Assembly: GCF_020745735.1 (NCBI RefSeq)
Contig: NC_083447.1
Span: 16,944,035 to 17,008,034, forward strand
Source: Hemiscyllium ocellatum
Taxonomy: Eukaryota
Length of the DNA: 64,000 nucleotides
Direction: 5' to 3'
Shown: positions 1 to 14,462 of the stretch, piece by piece
Position numbering within the stretch: the first letter of the stretch is position 1
Layout of the letters: every line of letters begins with the position of its first letter
Notes under the pieces: model-generated
The model's database searches: none
What the model was told of the DNA's origin: nothing
The model's input: only the letters and a program-made list of their open reading frames with translations
Position numbers and translations under genes: made by a program

Positions 1-526
1 ATGAGAAGGGAGTGTTGACCCAGCAACAGTGAATTCCAAGTCAGCATGGTGTGTGGCTTGGAGGGGAACTCTCACAGGTGGTGGTGTTACTATGCGTCTA
101 TTGACCTTGTCTTTCAAGATGGTATGTGTTGTGGGTTTGGTATCAAAGGTTAGCGGTGCAGCGATCTGTCCTTGTTCATGCTACAAAGTAACGTTTGCAG
201 TTTCAAGATAGCTTAAATAACACTTCTCTAATATGCACTGGCTTTTACATATAGTTTTCTTATTTTGTTCACTTTTTCAGGCAACTGTGATGCTGCACTT
301 CATTCATGACAGTCAGCTAGGGCCATAGACCTTCTGGTAAATTCTCACTATCAGAAGTCTTCTGCCTTGCTGCACACAAACTTTATGTAGAATAGTATCT
401 CAGTTTCTTATTGCTCTTTTTAATAATCTCTTCATGTTGTGCCTCATGCACTTGCTAAATAACGGTATTTTAATAGGATCAAGCCTACCTTCATATCGAC
501 ATGATTTCTGTTGTCATCCTTTGCAG

Positions 527-569
527 GTCATTCCCAAATAACTATTGGGACAAGTTTGTCAAAAGAAAG
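527..569 (+). CDS. RYR1: RYR1 exon (SFPNNYWDKFVKRK); gene starts upstream of window
   Basis: ttgcag|G...AAG|gtaagc, 43 nt; peptide matches the ryanodine receptor C-terminal region. Confidence 0.95.
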
Positions 570-864
570 GTAAGCTTATACTCTTGAAGAGTACTCACAA
601 ACATGCATCAAAATTTACTTGTCTTTTTCACAGATGCTGAATACCTGTTTCTCATAACAGTTTCTCTCTGGAATTAAACAGTTCTAATCAATTTCCATTT
701 TTCCAATGAGAAATGTTAAGTACAATATAACTTAGACTGATGTTTACCTTAAGTAATGGTGAAGGCTGTTTGGTATTTTGCCATGTTATGAATATGGCAA
801 ACATTCGTAAATCATTGCAAATAAATCTTGTTATAGAAAAGAAACAGCAAGTTTGAGTACTGCT

Positions 865-1345
865 GATTTGTTGCCCATCCAAAGTTGCCCTCAAACTGAG
901 TGGCTTGCTCAGCCATTTCAGAGGGCAGTTAAGAATCAGCCATGTTACTGTGGGTCTGGACTCATCTGTAGGGCAGAACAGCTAAGGAGGGCAGATTTCC
1001 CTCCCTAAAGGATATTCATGAACCAGATGGGTTTTTGTGACCATTGTTTCATGGTCATCATTACTGAGACTAGCTTTCAATTCCAGATTGATTAATTGAT
1101 TTTCAATTCCACCAACTTGCTGTCCAGTATACAGAGGGACTTCAATTATCCAGCATTCGATTTTCGGAATTTCGGATATCCAGCACGATCACAAGGTCCC
1201 AATGCTTGGTTAAACTGTGTTATCCAGCATTCAGTTATCTGAATTTCAATTATCCAAACAAAATAATCCTCGCCCATGACATTCAGATCATCGAGGTTCC
1301 TCTGTATTACAAGTTACTAGTCTAGTAACATTAACAGTATGACAC
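865..1345 (-). mobile_element. Shark SINE family 2 (L2/CR1-type tail), interrupted by a MITE
   Basis: Reverse complement of the gaaggaaa(t)ctgcc...gactccagacccacag motif also seen at 29510-29840, 30570-30800 and 34455-34705. Confidence 0.7.
1132..1304. mobile_element. Tigger/pogo-like MITE
   Basis: Imperfect TIRs CAGAGGGACTTCAATTATCC / GATCATCGAGGTTCCTCTG; TA on both sides (1130-1131, 1305-1306). Confidence 0.8.
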
Positions 1346-1380
1346 TGCTTTCCCATATCTGTTGTTTTCTGCTTTCCTAG

Positions 1381-1511
1381 GTACTAGATAAGTATGGTGA
1401 TATCTATGGCAGGGAGCGTATTGCAGAGCTACTGGGAATGGATATGAGTGCCTTGGATGTGACTGTGCCTCAGGAGAAAAAACCAGCAACTGACAACTCT
1501 GTTCTTTCATG
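1381..1511 (+). CDS. RYR1: RYR1 exon (VLDKYGDIYGRERIAELLGMD...VLSW)
   Basis: cctag|GTA...TG|gttagt, 131 nt; phase-compatible with neighbours. Confidence 0.96.
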
Positions 1512-2455
1512 GTTAGTTCCTGCTTTGTTTTACAACGAATATCTGGCAAAATTAGTTTTTCACTCACTTCATTCTGTCAAGACGGCTATAAATTTTGGTA
1601 TAATAATGCAATTGACAGTATGAAATCCAAAATACATATGTAGGGCTGCATTTGTTGGGCAAAGCGGTAGACCTGTTCAGCAGCCACAAAGTCAACGGTA
1701 CCTCGGTCTGGATTCTTATCACCTTCATAATGTAGAACCTGTCTCCGTGAGCTGTCAGCTAATTAAAGGGCAGGCAGTTCTTGAATACTGAGTGGCGTCA
1801 CCAGGAGCAGTGGCCAGAGCTTGAATTACAAAAGGTCCATTTGAGGAGCTATGTTGGAGGCTTGTGATCATGGAGGTCAGTGAGGGTCTCTTTCCCCAGT
1901 TTCCTGCATGTACACACCTCAACCCTCCAAAGCTTCAGTAAAGCCGCAGTTCTGCTATTAGTTGGCTTCTTTAGGGCCTCATTGCAGTTATGGGTGGAAA
2001 GGCCATTCTCAATTATCCCTGCTCCTGAGTTAATTGGGATTGGTGAACAAATAGGCTCTCCACCCCATACTTCCCAGCTAATTGATCTCGGATTCCTTGG
2101 ATGGCCTCAAGGAAGCATTACGTTCCACCCATGCGAATAGATTTTGGCTACGAAACTGCCAGATCAACCTGTTCATTATTGTAGTAGCAGATATTACAAT
2201 GATGAATCTATTACAACAAATGGTCTCAATGTCGTGCTATGTGTTTCTGTTTTCTGACTGTACAGATTAGTTTTGTACAGGTTTGATTAAAAAGACCGTA
2301 ATATCCAATCCCAAGGTGAAAGTTGTGAATGCTGAAACAAAAAAATGAGAAAATACGTTAAAGCTTTACATCTAAAGCATGACCCCAATGTTTTCTTCCA
2401 TATAACAGGAAAATTGTGTATTTCCAACATTTCCTTTCTTTCCCTTTGGTTATAG

Positions 2456-2516
2456 GATCACATCCTTAGACATCAAATACCAAATATGGAAGTTTGGGGT
2501 GATCTTCACTGATAAC
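2456..2516 (+). CDS. RYR1: RYR1 exon (ITSLDIKYQIWKFGVIFTDN)
   Basis: tatag|G...AAC|gtaagt, 61 nt. Confidence 0.96.
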
Positions 2517-2849
2517 GTAAGTAGACACACTGCACCTTTATAATTTGTAAAGTGAAACATAAAATATTTTGAATCAAACTCACTTTTATCCTTGATGGAT
2601 ATATAGACTGGAAACCAAAGCATGAATTAATCATGCAGGATTTGGAATAGTCATGTAAGAGCTTTACCTATCAGATCTTGTACTTCCTCTATCTAATTTG
2701 TACATGCAGAGATGAAGAAAGGGGAGGGAAAGTTTTGAAGGGAATGCATTTTATTCAATGCTTTTCATTTAAAGGGTTATTTTGAAGGGTTACTATTATT
2801 GAAGTGAAGTTAATGTATGATTGATTCTTTCTGTGGTTCCCAACTCTGA

Positions 2850-3047
<198 letters not shown>

Positions 3048-3160
3048 TAAACTTCAGATTAAGCATCTTAAAAGGAGCAGCTTATGTTTTCTGTGTCTTA
3101 CTTAATATGTTGATCTCTCCTGACACAGCCTTATACCTGTATCTCTCCCATTCTCTCTAG

Positions 3161-3358
<198 letters not shown>

Positions 3359-3399
3359 TAAGACCTGTTACCTGCAAAATAAAGCTTCACAAAAACATT

Positions 3400-3890
3400 A
3401 GACCTGATAGAAATAAGAACATGCTTGTGGAAAGCGGAGTGGGATGACTGAAGTGCTACATCTGGGTAAATAACTATAACAATGTGAAAATTGCTGTGTA
3501 AGCAAGACAGTAGAATAAAAATTAAAGGCAATAGAGGCATGTTTTCTGAAATGGACGTCAAGGCTTAGTTAGACAACACATATGACAATCAAGGAAGTTT
3601 TGAAGAAAGCAGGCCCACAAGAACTTTTACAGATGATCATCAAGAAGCAACTACAATTCTTTGAGCATATACTTAGGAGAGAGAAACTAGAAAGTCTGGT
3701 GATGCATGATGAAACTGAGGACAGTAGATACTTGGTGGGGGATTGGAGGGAGAACAAAAGAAGAACCATAGCAACAGATTAAGAAGCAGAACAGGTACAA
3801 AATTTGAGAATAACGCAAAGATGTTGGCTGTTATCAAGGAACATAAATGTTGGAGGGTCATGATTGTCGATGTAAAAGGTGGCAATTGAA
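3400..3890 (+). mobile_element. Degenerate RTE-type LINE 3' fragment in RYR1 intron
   Basis: ELLQMIIKKQLQFFEHILRREKLE resembles the RTE ORF2 C-terminus. Confidence 0.55.
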
Positions 3891-5156
3891 GTTGATTAGG
3901 TTTGTTTTACTTAAAAATAATGTCAAATCTTATATAAATTCCTGCTTGGAGATAGACCATTTGCTCAAACAGGTCTTTGCCAGTGTTCATACTGCACAGG
4001 AGCTTCCTGTCATCTTTCTTGTCACCTTCTTCACAAATCCTCCTATTCCTTTCTCCCTGTATTTAATGAGCTTCACCTTAGAGACGTTATATGCTATTCA
4101 CCTCAGCAACATCTTGTGATCCCAAGTTCTGCATTCCTAGTAAAGAAGTTTTTCCTGAATTCCTTAATGGATTTATTAGTAACTGTCTTCCATTAATGGT
4201 CCCCATTTTGGGCATGCCACAAATGGAAGCATCTTTTCTAAGTCAATTTTGTGTATGATTTTACCTGAATATCTGTATGACTAAAGCAGTAACATTACTA
4301 CTACTGAATGCTGACTTAGCTACTGGGAAGTGCGAAGCACTATTTCGTAACTCGAAATATTGTGGTCAGAACAATATTTTATCACAAGTGAAAACAGAAC
4401 AGGCAGTGGTGGCACAACCGGTTTATGTGCATGTGGAGTTGAAAGGACAAATTAGTGTGTCTGGTCACTGTTCCACAGATCAGATCTGTTAATCAGCTGC
4501 AGTAGATTAATACAGTAAAATGTTCAGTTAAGAATATTGATCATGAGCGTAAATGGGGTGAACTCTATTCCAGAAGTAGATATTGGTCTCATTTATCTGG
4601 GGCTCTTATGACATGGTGGCGCCAATGCCAGAAGGTCTGGATTCACATCCCACCTGCCGCCAAATTGGGTCATAAAACACATTGAATCATGTCTTTTTTA
4701 ACTCGCGTATCTTCCACCTAGACATAGATATTTTTGTCACAGATATACAGCAGATTAGATTTTCATTTTATAGCCAGATTTAAAGTTGCTACTGGCATGA
4801 TTTGCTTCAGCCCAGGCTGATGTGGGGACTGTGCAATAAATGCCCAGTCTATTTCTTCTTTCTGCCCACTCCAGGAATTGGTTTGATGAAGCTTTTGTTG
4901 CATCTGGTGATTTTCTGGTAATTTGTTTCGAAGCAGACTGCTTCATCTTTGCTCCCGTTAAAAGCGTTGGAACCAGAGTGTTTGAGTAACAAATATTATT
5001 TATGTGTCATCCATGCTTTGTTACTGTTATTCAAAACAAGTGTGATTTTGGAAGTACTTTAACAAGTGATGACAGAATCATCGGGTAAGGTGATATTTCA
5101 ATCAGTGTGACACTGACCTCATTCTGACAGATCTGTTCAAAAGTGAGATGATTTAA

Positions 5157-5468
<312 letters not shown>

Positions 5469-6343
5469 TGATTCTGAAGTTATCCTGTAGCCCTAGGGAA
5501 TAGCATGTCTAACAATGATGCCAATCCCAGCTTCAATCAGTTCTTCAACACTTCTAGCTCATTTTCTCCATTGAAACTGTCATCTTAACCGAGTCCTCTC
5601 CTGTCTCCTCAATCCTGCCTTCCGAAAACAAATGCATGGACTTCTTTGTCATAAAGATGGAAACTGTCTAATCAGCTGCCTTGCTGCTGCCCTCCTTTAT
5701 TCCAGTCCGCAAGCCAGCCAGCCTTCCAAGTCCCCCAGAGCTCCAGCCATAAAGTCACGCCTTTCTCCAGTTTGTCCTCTGTCCTCCTCATGCCTTCACA
5801 AAACTGCTGTCCCTGGTAACAGTTTGAGACCCTTTGCGCCACATCTGACCCCAGCCAAGATGAATTTCTGCTGATGTGCTCATGTAATCACCCAAGATGT
5901 CTCTGGGTTATTTAACTTTTGGAATGCATATATTTAAAACAAATTAAAGAAATATTTGGTGTAAAGCAACTGATCAGGTTAATCCTCCCTTCTATAGGTT
6001 ACTCATTTCTGAAGTCATAATACTTGTGTTTCAATGTGATTTGGAGAGCAAGGCCACCAGATAATTATGAATGACCAAGGCCATTTTACTCATCTTACTA
6101 AATCGCAGGAAGAAACATCAACATCCAGTTGTTTCATTAATGTTCCAAGGTTTCACCCAACATACACCAAAAGAAAAACAATTTCTTCTCTTGCGCACAT
6201 CAGTACCGATCCAGGAATGCCAAATTTCAAAGAGAGCAGTAAAGTATAATGCATGAGAAAAGGATGATGATTAGTTAGTAAGCCAAGTCTAATTGGTGTG
6301 GAGAATACACCAGGCAGTTGTGGAATTTTGGAATTCTTGTGTG

Positions 6344-6377
6344 TGTCCTGATGAGTGCAGGATGAAAAACTTCAACA
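6344..6377 (+). ncRNA. Decayed minimal hammerhead ribozyme motif in RYR1 intron
   Basis: TGTC-CTGATGA-GT-GCAGG-AT-GAAA-AACT-TC-AACA; a more decayed relative lies at 7422-7457. Confidence 0.55.
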
Positions 6378-7037
6378 GCAATTTCCATTTTAGCGATTAT
6401 AATTAGCATCCATCAATGAGAGAGTTTAATGCCTTTCTGAAGACCAGCACTTTATTTGGACCATGCAGTTATTGTCTTTTTGAAGAGTATATGCACATTG
6501 TGTGATTTCTTTTTAGGGCAGAATTTCCATGGAGGTCTGCCAACCCCTATGCCTTCACTACAGTAGATATTCCACTGGAATTGTGCTGTTCCTCAAACCT
6601 GGAGAATCTCAACAAAAACTCCATACAATTCTCTTTGATTTCGTACTTGCTTCTCTGTACCAGTCTATCAGCACACTGCATTACTCCTTGCTTCCAAGTA
6701 TTAGTCTTCACTGCACAGTCTGGCTCTTGTTTTATTTTCATTCCCTGCTAATGAGAAAATATCCAGTAGACCAGTGCAGTAACTGGGAATGCATAGGAGG
6801 GAAGGATATAAACACCAGCTTGCTTCCCACCACAATATATATATGTTAATGTATGTATGTTGTGTTAGTAGAATTTTAGAAAAAACATATAAATGCAGTA
6901 AATACCTTATAAATGAAAAGCTGTTTCATTCCAGAGAAAAGAAAAATAGGTTTTTGGTGAAGTGTTTTATCTCTGAATGCTAAATAGAGCTTTGTACGTG
7001 TGAAGGATTAACAGTTTGATATTGTTTCCTCCTTCAG

Positions 7038-7102
7038 GTTTGATTATTGACGCTTTTGGTGAGCTGAGAGATCAGCAGGAGCAAGTGAAAGAGGACATGG
7101 AG
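7038..7102 (+). CDS. RYR1: RYR1 exon ([22 protein letters not shown])
   Basis: ttcag|GT...GAG|gtagga, 65 nt. Confidence 0.97.
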
Positions 7103-8886
7103 GTAGGAATAGGATAAAGCAGCTTCTTTCTGAACACCCACATATTAACGAAACCATGTGTCGAACAAGAAATAGTAGAGGGAGCAGACGGCAAGTTAGA
7201 TCACGTAGGATAGCAGCACAGTGGCAAAGTTTATTATTTCTGGAGTTCTTCAGATGGTGCTATTCACAATCGTTTTCTGTTTGCAATGCAGTTAGGAGGA
7301 GTGGGGGAAAAGAGATGTCTTTTCTTCAGAAGGGAAACTGTTTCTATTATCAAATGACCATGTCATTAGCTAATGCAGAGTCTGAAAATTGACACGAAGA
7401 TTTGTCTTGCCACTTTTGTCTTTGTCCTGATGTGACTAAGACAATAAGCTTTGGCAACGCTGCAGTCATGGCAAACTAGTGCTTCAGCAGAGCGACAGAG
7501 AGCAATGACAACCGACTCGCAATTCTAGCCTTAGAGTCTGGTGGTAAATTGCAAATTAATCCCCAAGATTTCAAAAGCTTGGAAGAAAACAGTCTGCACA
7601 AAATGATGAGTTGTAGTGAAGAAAGAGCAAAGGAAACAATGAAGTCAGATGTTTTTATTGAGTTGACATTTCTTTTAAAAATCTGGTTACAATAAGTTGA
7701 AACGAAAATGCAGTTGTTTTGTTCCGGGCTCCTATTGATCATCATCGTCAGCGAGATCATGCACAGCAGCTTGCTGTAACCTAGGAACAGGATGCTGCAA
7801 ACAAACGCAGCAAAATGTCCTTGATCCAGTAAATGCAACTTTGCTACAAGGGACAAACAAATTTAATCACTGAAGGTATTTGAAGATGAAGTCCTACACT
7901 GTAGGCCAGTGTCATGGACCAGTCTTCAGCACAGCCTTCCATACAGTGTAATTTACTGAAAATAGCACAGAAGATGTTTTAATGTCACTCCTTGATTATT
8001 GAATTACATTTTCACATCTTCTCCAGACAGGACCCTCAGCCCATTACAGCTTTACTCATGAATTGGAATCCATGCTTCTGAGCTCTATCCCTGTTGGGAA
8101 AGAACATGAAATCTTCCCTGCGGAATGAGTTGGTCTTTGAAATATGTAATCTCATTTTTATTTTTAAAAACTCTTCCTTTCAATGGGATAGTTTTTCATG
8201 GTTGTGGAGACTTTGTGGAACAATGGGTAATGTCCCAGCCTCTGAGCCAGATGGCCCAGGAAGGTGCATTCCTAACTCAGCCAAGTAGGTTGATTTTCAA
8301 CCTGCAAATCTTTCTACTGAGTCTGTGGAAGTCACTAAGAAAAGTCTACATGTCAGCCGTGCTTGATGTGAACTCTCATCCCTTCAAGCAGTAGTCTGGC
8401 AATCTGTTTTCAGGGAAAAACAAAACTAGCCAAAAAAGACATGAACGTACCTGCCTCATTTGCCAAAATGCACTTAAAAAGACCCAAGACAGGAAATATC
8501 CACAATCAGCTGTGACAAGATTCTTACTGTTCCTTAGCTCATTTACAGGGAGAGGTAAATAATTCTGCCTGTGTTAAAGCCATGCTGGTTGGAAGCATAA
8601 ATTGGGACTATGGTATTAAGCTTATAACACACAGGCCTGGTTATCCTGCCACTTGTACACCAACAGGAGATTCTTGTGAAATGTCTATGTTGTCTGAGCC
8701 TGTAGGCGTTCCTTCATCCATTCATTTTCGACCTCCCATTAATCCCAACCATCAGAACATATGAAATGGATATCTATGATTGAATATTTTAAGCACCCTG
8801 AGTGTGATTGTTCTGTAAAAATGACACATACCTGTTGTGCAGTACTGCCCTTTTGATAGTCACTTCTTTGCCTCTGTTTGACTTAA

Positions 8887-8991
<105 letters not shown>

Positions 8992-10085
8992 TAAGTGATC
9001 AGCTTTGCATAGATCTCTGGTCGGCCTGAGATGTAATGTTAAAAATAATTTCATGCGATGCACCATAAAATCAGATAAACAGTAAAAGATTATTTATCTC
9101 AAGTCTATGTTGTTGATTCTGATCTCAGTTGTCTGTACTTTTTCATTTGCTGATTGCATTTTCAACTCCTTTTGTTCTGTGTTCCTTCAATTAATTATTC
9201 TTAAAAAATTGTCATGGATTTGGATTTTAGCCTGTACCCATCCTTGCATCTGGACATGAATGCAGGTAAAATCTGATCAGTTGTAAAAGGGTAAGGTACC
9301 CAGTAGCTCAATCAGCTTCACACTTATTGAGACCGTTAAAGAGGCCAATTATTGTCCAATATATGGTCACACTGCCTTTACTGCCGCAACACACTGAGCT
9401 GTGGAAACCAGGCAAGAATAGGAAGGTTGATATTATTTTTCCCCTAAGTTGGTGAAAGAGCAGGAAAGAAGGAAATATTACTACAGCAACTCCTGACCAC
9501 CTGCTCACACCCCTCCCTCAAGTTCTCTATCCCTCTCTTTTCAAAAACACCCGACTTCGCTATATCCAGAATCCTTGTTATCATCTTGGTGGAGATGCTT
9601 ATAGTCCCAGCAATAAGTCTGACACTGACTGGCAAAGATTCACCCCTCGGCTTGTTATGGCAGCACGGAGGGTAGCATCAATCCAGGGCAGCCTCCTCTT
9701 ACAGTCATTTGCTTACACCGTCCCATAATGTTCAGCCCATAATCTCTATCTCAGTTATGTCCCCAGCAGTGCATTCCAAAGTCTCACAAGCTTCCAAGTA
9801 AACAAAGTCTTCCTGTTCTCTGTTCAAACTCTCTCGCATTTATTCTTGCCTCTATCCCCTTCCTATAGACCCCTGAAGTAGTGGAAAGAGCAATCGAGCC
9901 AATTACAATCACTTTAAAAGGCACAGAGCCTAACTGTAAAGTGTACCCTTCAGGTAGCAGCTTCCAGTTGCTGTTCCCCAAGTCTGAGTTTTCTACCCCA
10001 GTTCCATGATCTTATGTGTATTCTGCCTGATTGTTACAGCCTGACTCACCTTCATATCATTTGTCGTACTTGTAATCTCTTTCAG

Positions 10086-10137
10086 GTTCTTCCTGATGTA
10101 CCTGATTAATAAAGATGAAACTGAGCACACGGGTCAG
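10086..10137 (+). CDS. RYR1: RYR1 exon (FFLMYLINKDETEHTGQ)
   Basis: ttcag|G...CAG|gtatgt, 52 nt. Confidence 0.97.
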
Positions 10138-12761
10138 GTATGTGGTTTTCCACATCTTGAGTGTATGAAATACTTACACCAGGATGACTTTAGCCCCCTC
10201 ACTGAAAACATTCTGAAATTTCTTCATTGACTCAGGAGGTTCATCTTCTTGAGTTCTCCTTCTGAAGGCGGGTCCTGAATCCACCCCGGCTGGACTGGAG
10301 GTCAAACCCCACCCTGTTGTCATCAATCTGATGAGACCAGCCATCTAGCCATGAGTACGCCCAAGGAATCAGAGTTGCTGTGGCAGCATACACTTTTCCA
10401 TCCACATTGTTGTCCAGAGCCATGGATAGATTAGTGCTAGAGGCTGCAACTTTCTCTCCATCACATGGCTGACCAGGAACTCTTTGAAATGGCCTCGCAA
10501 GCCACTCAGTCCAAGGGCAATTGGGGATGTGCGACAAATGTTGGTCTAGCCAGTGACTGCCACATCCAGTGAAAGAATATTTTTAAAATACTTTCTTCCC
10601 GTTTTTGTGTCTGTTTATCCGATTTCACGTTAAATGGGTCATGATTTGCCTTGTATACTTCCTTTGGCATCGGATTACACATTCCCAACTTTCTCTGAAT
10701 TTCTCTTTCACCCGGTTATCCCATAGTTTAAAACCAAAAATGTAAATACTATCAAAGTGAGAACTCAGTTCTTAAATTAAAAAAAATTGTCAGTCACTTT
10801 GAAATGAGGATCTTAAAGTTAGAGGAGGTGGTACGATTGAGATTCCATTCTCATTGTGACAAGTGAGGTGTTTTGATTCCTACGCATACCATTGTTGTGA
10901 ACAAAGCTTCCTACTTACTTGAACTCAGAAACACAATGCTGAGCGGTCACATTTGCAGATGAAACTAAAGTAGGAAGAATAGTGGATTCAAAAGCAGGCA
11001 GATTAATAATTAGATTGTTGGAGGGGGTAGGCAGGAAGGTGGTGCCTACATTCAAAATGGACTGAAGAAACAGCATAGAGAAAGACCTCGTAAGCCATCC
11101 ATTCTCCATAAATAGGCAAGCATCTTTAGTTGACTGAATACTTCACACATTCAGTCAATGTTCCAGTTATATTACAAAGACAAAGCAATAAGATTTAGAG
11201 GATAGATTACCCACACTACTAAATGCTCCAGTCAGACTGTAGCTTGAACGTTGTGTCTAGTTTTGTTTGCAAAGACAAAAGAAAGACAGTCAAAGACTGA
11301 AGTTAATTCAAAGAACCACAAGTCAGTGCTCCATCTGAGCTGCATCAGGACATGACCATGCAGCTATCAGAAACGTTGCTTGGTATTGATGGGCCACACA
11401 CGACCAGCGGTCCTTTCAAGATACATTTGTATACAACCAAGTAGGAGCTTGAAAGGATCTGACGACAGAATAAAACAGGCTGCCCACAATAAAAATGATG
11501 TTATGTTTCACTGAAAGAATGCGGTGAAACTTAGACCTCGCTATTCCCAGAGTCATCATAAAAGTTCCCAAATAAACCTGTCGTTTAGACAGGATGACAA
11601 AAAGCATGGAGCAGGTTTCTGGATTTGACAAACATCACTATCTATTCAAAAAAATAGATTCTACCTACAGATGAATAATTATGAACCGTCGATATGTAAC
11701 TCTACTAATTAAAATTCTCTCAATTACAAACCACCCTGCACCCCACCCCGATACACATTTGAACAAAGCAGCTCGAGGTCCAATGGTTTCTGAACCAAAC
11801 ATTCACCAACAAACACAGAACGCTGGTGTTGGGGATGGAAATAAATTATGCAGTGGATGATTCACTCGTAACCGTCTAATTTAGAAGTAACACGCCCCAA
11901 GCAAGCCTTGAGTATTGACTGGTTTATTCATGAGCACCTGGGGAGAGACAAGTCAACCAAATGATCACCAGTCACTCCAAAGAGATTTAAAGAGTTGCAT
12001 GATTACGTAAGTTACAATCATTTAACAATTAGCAAACTGTTAATTGCAGGATAATGATCCAGCTAAGCACATTGTCCAGTCATGTCTGGACAGTGTCGGT
12101 TATTAGCTGATAAGCAGGTGTTAGTATACACGAGGTCCTTGCAAAGAGAAGAATAGCCCCTACAAGGAAAGAATTTGTTTATCAGGTACCCATACAGCTG
12201 CAAGGCAAGCCATCTTAGCTGGGCATGGGAAAACACAGACTTTCATCAAGCAAGCACTAAGGTGAGATTCAAAATGGTTTCCAGGTTTTTAATGTGTGAC
12301 AAAATGGCTGCCACAAATCTAGCAATTCTCCCACAGCTGGAGAAACTCATTAGGTTCTGGCAACATCTGTGGAAACAGGAACAGTTAGTATTTTGAGTCT
12401 AGTATGACTCTTCTTTAGAACATGCGTAGTAACTTGGTGAAAGTTTGAGCTATCGGTGAGCATAGTGTATGCTCTTAGCTATGAAAAAAACTGCACCCAT
12501 TCCTGCTCCTCGATGGTCAACCTAAAGGATTGTTTCCCATTTACCCCTTAGCTTGCCTGCATCAGCTGGAACCCACTGGTTTCCCTATTCACTCCAAAGG
12601 TGTATAGCAGTTGTTTGATTAATACAGCTCCGACACGTCTGTGAAAGTGGACCATTTGCTCCAGGAGTGCAGTGGCTTCATCTTCACACCTCCCGCCCAT
12701 TGGTAGTGATCACACAAAAATCTCTCCACATGTCTTGAGAGTAAGCAGAAAGCTAATGTAG

Positions 12762-12878
<117 letters not shown>

Positions 12879-14412
12879 AGGAGTCTCTGGAACTAACACA
12901 GTGACTGTCATAATATTGCACTTGTAATGATCTTTGAATTTAACCTGGTTCCTTGCTAAAGTTCGTGAATTGTATGTCACTGCTTCTTGCTGTGAGACAA
13001 ATGTTTTGTTTTAAAAAAAAAGGACAAATACCTGAAGTGAATTTTATTACATAGACAGTGTTTTTTTTAAACAAAGTACCTGGACCGGTCTTGATAGTGT
13101 ATGAAAACTGGACATTGCTGCTTTTGCACACTTGGAACCAGTTAATGAGCCTTGATATAGATTTGTACTTTAGTATACAATGAAAAGCCTGGATAAATAT
13201 TTTGTCTAACATTTTTGTGAATGGGAAGAAAGGTTGAAAATAAGTGCCTTAGCCTTATCCTGTAATAAGTTATATTGAACGAAGGCCTTTTTATCTTTTC
13301 TTCTGCAAATTTTAGTAGCCTAGTCAGAGCCATAATAGCTGCCTCCAACTTTCAACTGTTACTTCAGTACTGACCACTGAAATAGCTATTAAATTTCGAG
13401 CAGTTGTTTTGTGCTTGCAATATTATTAATCATAATGATTTTTGGTGGAGTTCCCAAAATCTAATTACTGTCATCAAAAGACATGCCAAGTAGGGCAGGA
13501 AATGTTTTCTGAAAAGTAGTCAGAACGATGAGATATCTTCAACTCCTCTACCTAAAAGTTCCCATCTGGACATGTTTTCCATCACACCCTATGCAGTTGT
13601 TTATAACTGATTGCAAAAACAGTGACAAATACCAAAACTTGTAGCAAAGGTTCACCCTCATGAAGGCTGGAATGTATTTTTTTAATAAGTTTTGAAAATG
13701 TCTGCTCTAATTTTAAGTATTGCATTGGATTCCTGAAACAAAAGTTGAAATGATTATTCTAATTAATTTAACTTGTGAAGGTATCTTTAAGGTATCAAGT
13801 ATTTATTTAATTTGCTATTTGTGTTTGCTAATCTTTTGAGTTTATGTTCTGTTTGATGTAATTTATTGTGACAGTTTCATCGTGTGTATGAGAAGGGTGT
13901 GAGCGTTTTTCATACACCTTTCAAAAACAGCTGCAAAAGTTCCTTTGTCCTGATTGCTTCAAAAGGGATGATAACTATAGCACTTCCAAACCAGCCTCTG
14001 GTTTACAGTTTTCTCTCATACGGACTTTCTTCAAGGATCAGGAGACACATTTTTTTCCCCAAGTGATGTGTTTACTTCAAATTAAACATCTGTGAATCTC
14101 TTGACTGTTCCCCCTCGAAAGGTTAAAGCTATTGAGGAACAGCAGATGAGGACATTCCTCAAACAACCTGTCCAAGTAAACCCATTCTAAAGTTTATTTT
14201 TGTTAAAAAAGGAAGTGTTTATATGCTGGAAATGATGAATTATAGAAAAGCTCAATTACGATTAATTGCTATTAATGCACTTCACAAATAAGGCTGCACT
14301 ATCCATCTGTGGCCTTTTGTGTACATTATCCATGTCCAGTTCTTCACCCAATTCTGTTTGAGAAACATGAAAATAATGTAGGTTGAATTATGTGAATGCA
14401 CCTAAGTTGGCA

Positions 14413-14462
14413 AATAAAATCCAACTTGCTTAAACTGTCTCTGCTCATTATCATTCATTAAA
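14413..14462 (+). terminator. Candidate RYR1 polyadenylation signals (AATAAA 14413-14418, ATTAAA 14457-14462)
   Basis: Hexamers at the end of an AT-rich, repeat-free stretch of about 1.5 kb after the stop; ATTTA motifs near 13801. Confidence 0.55.
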
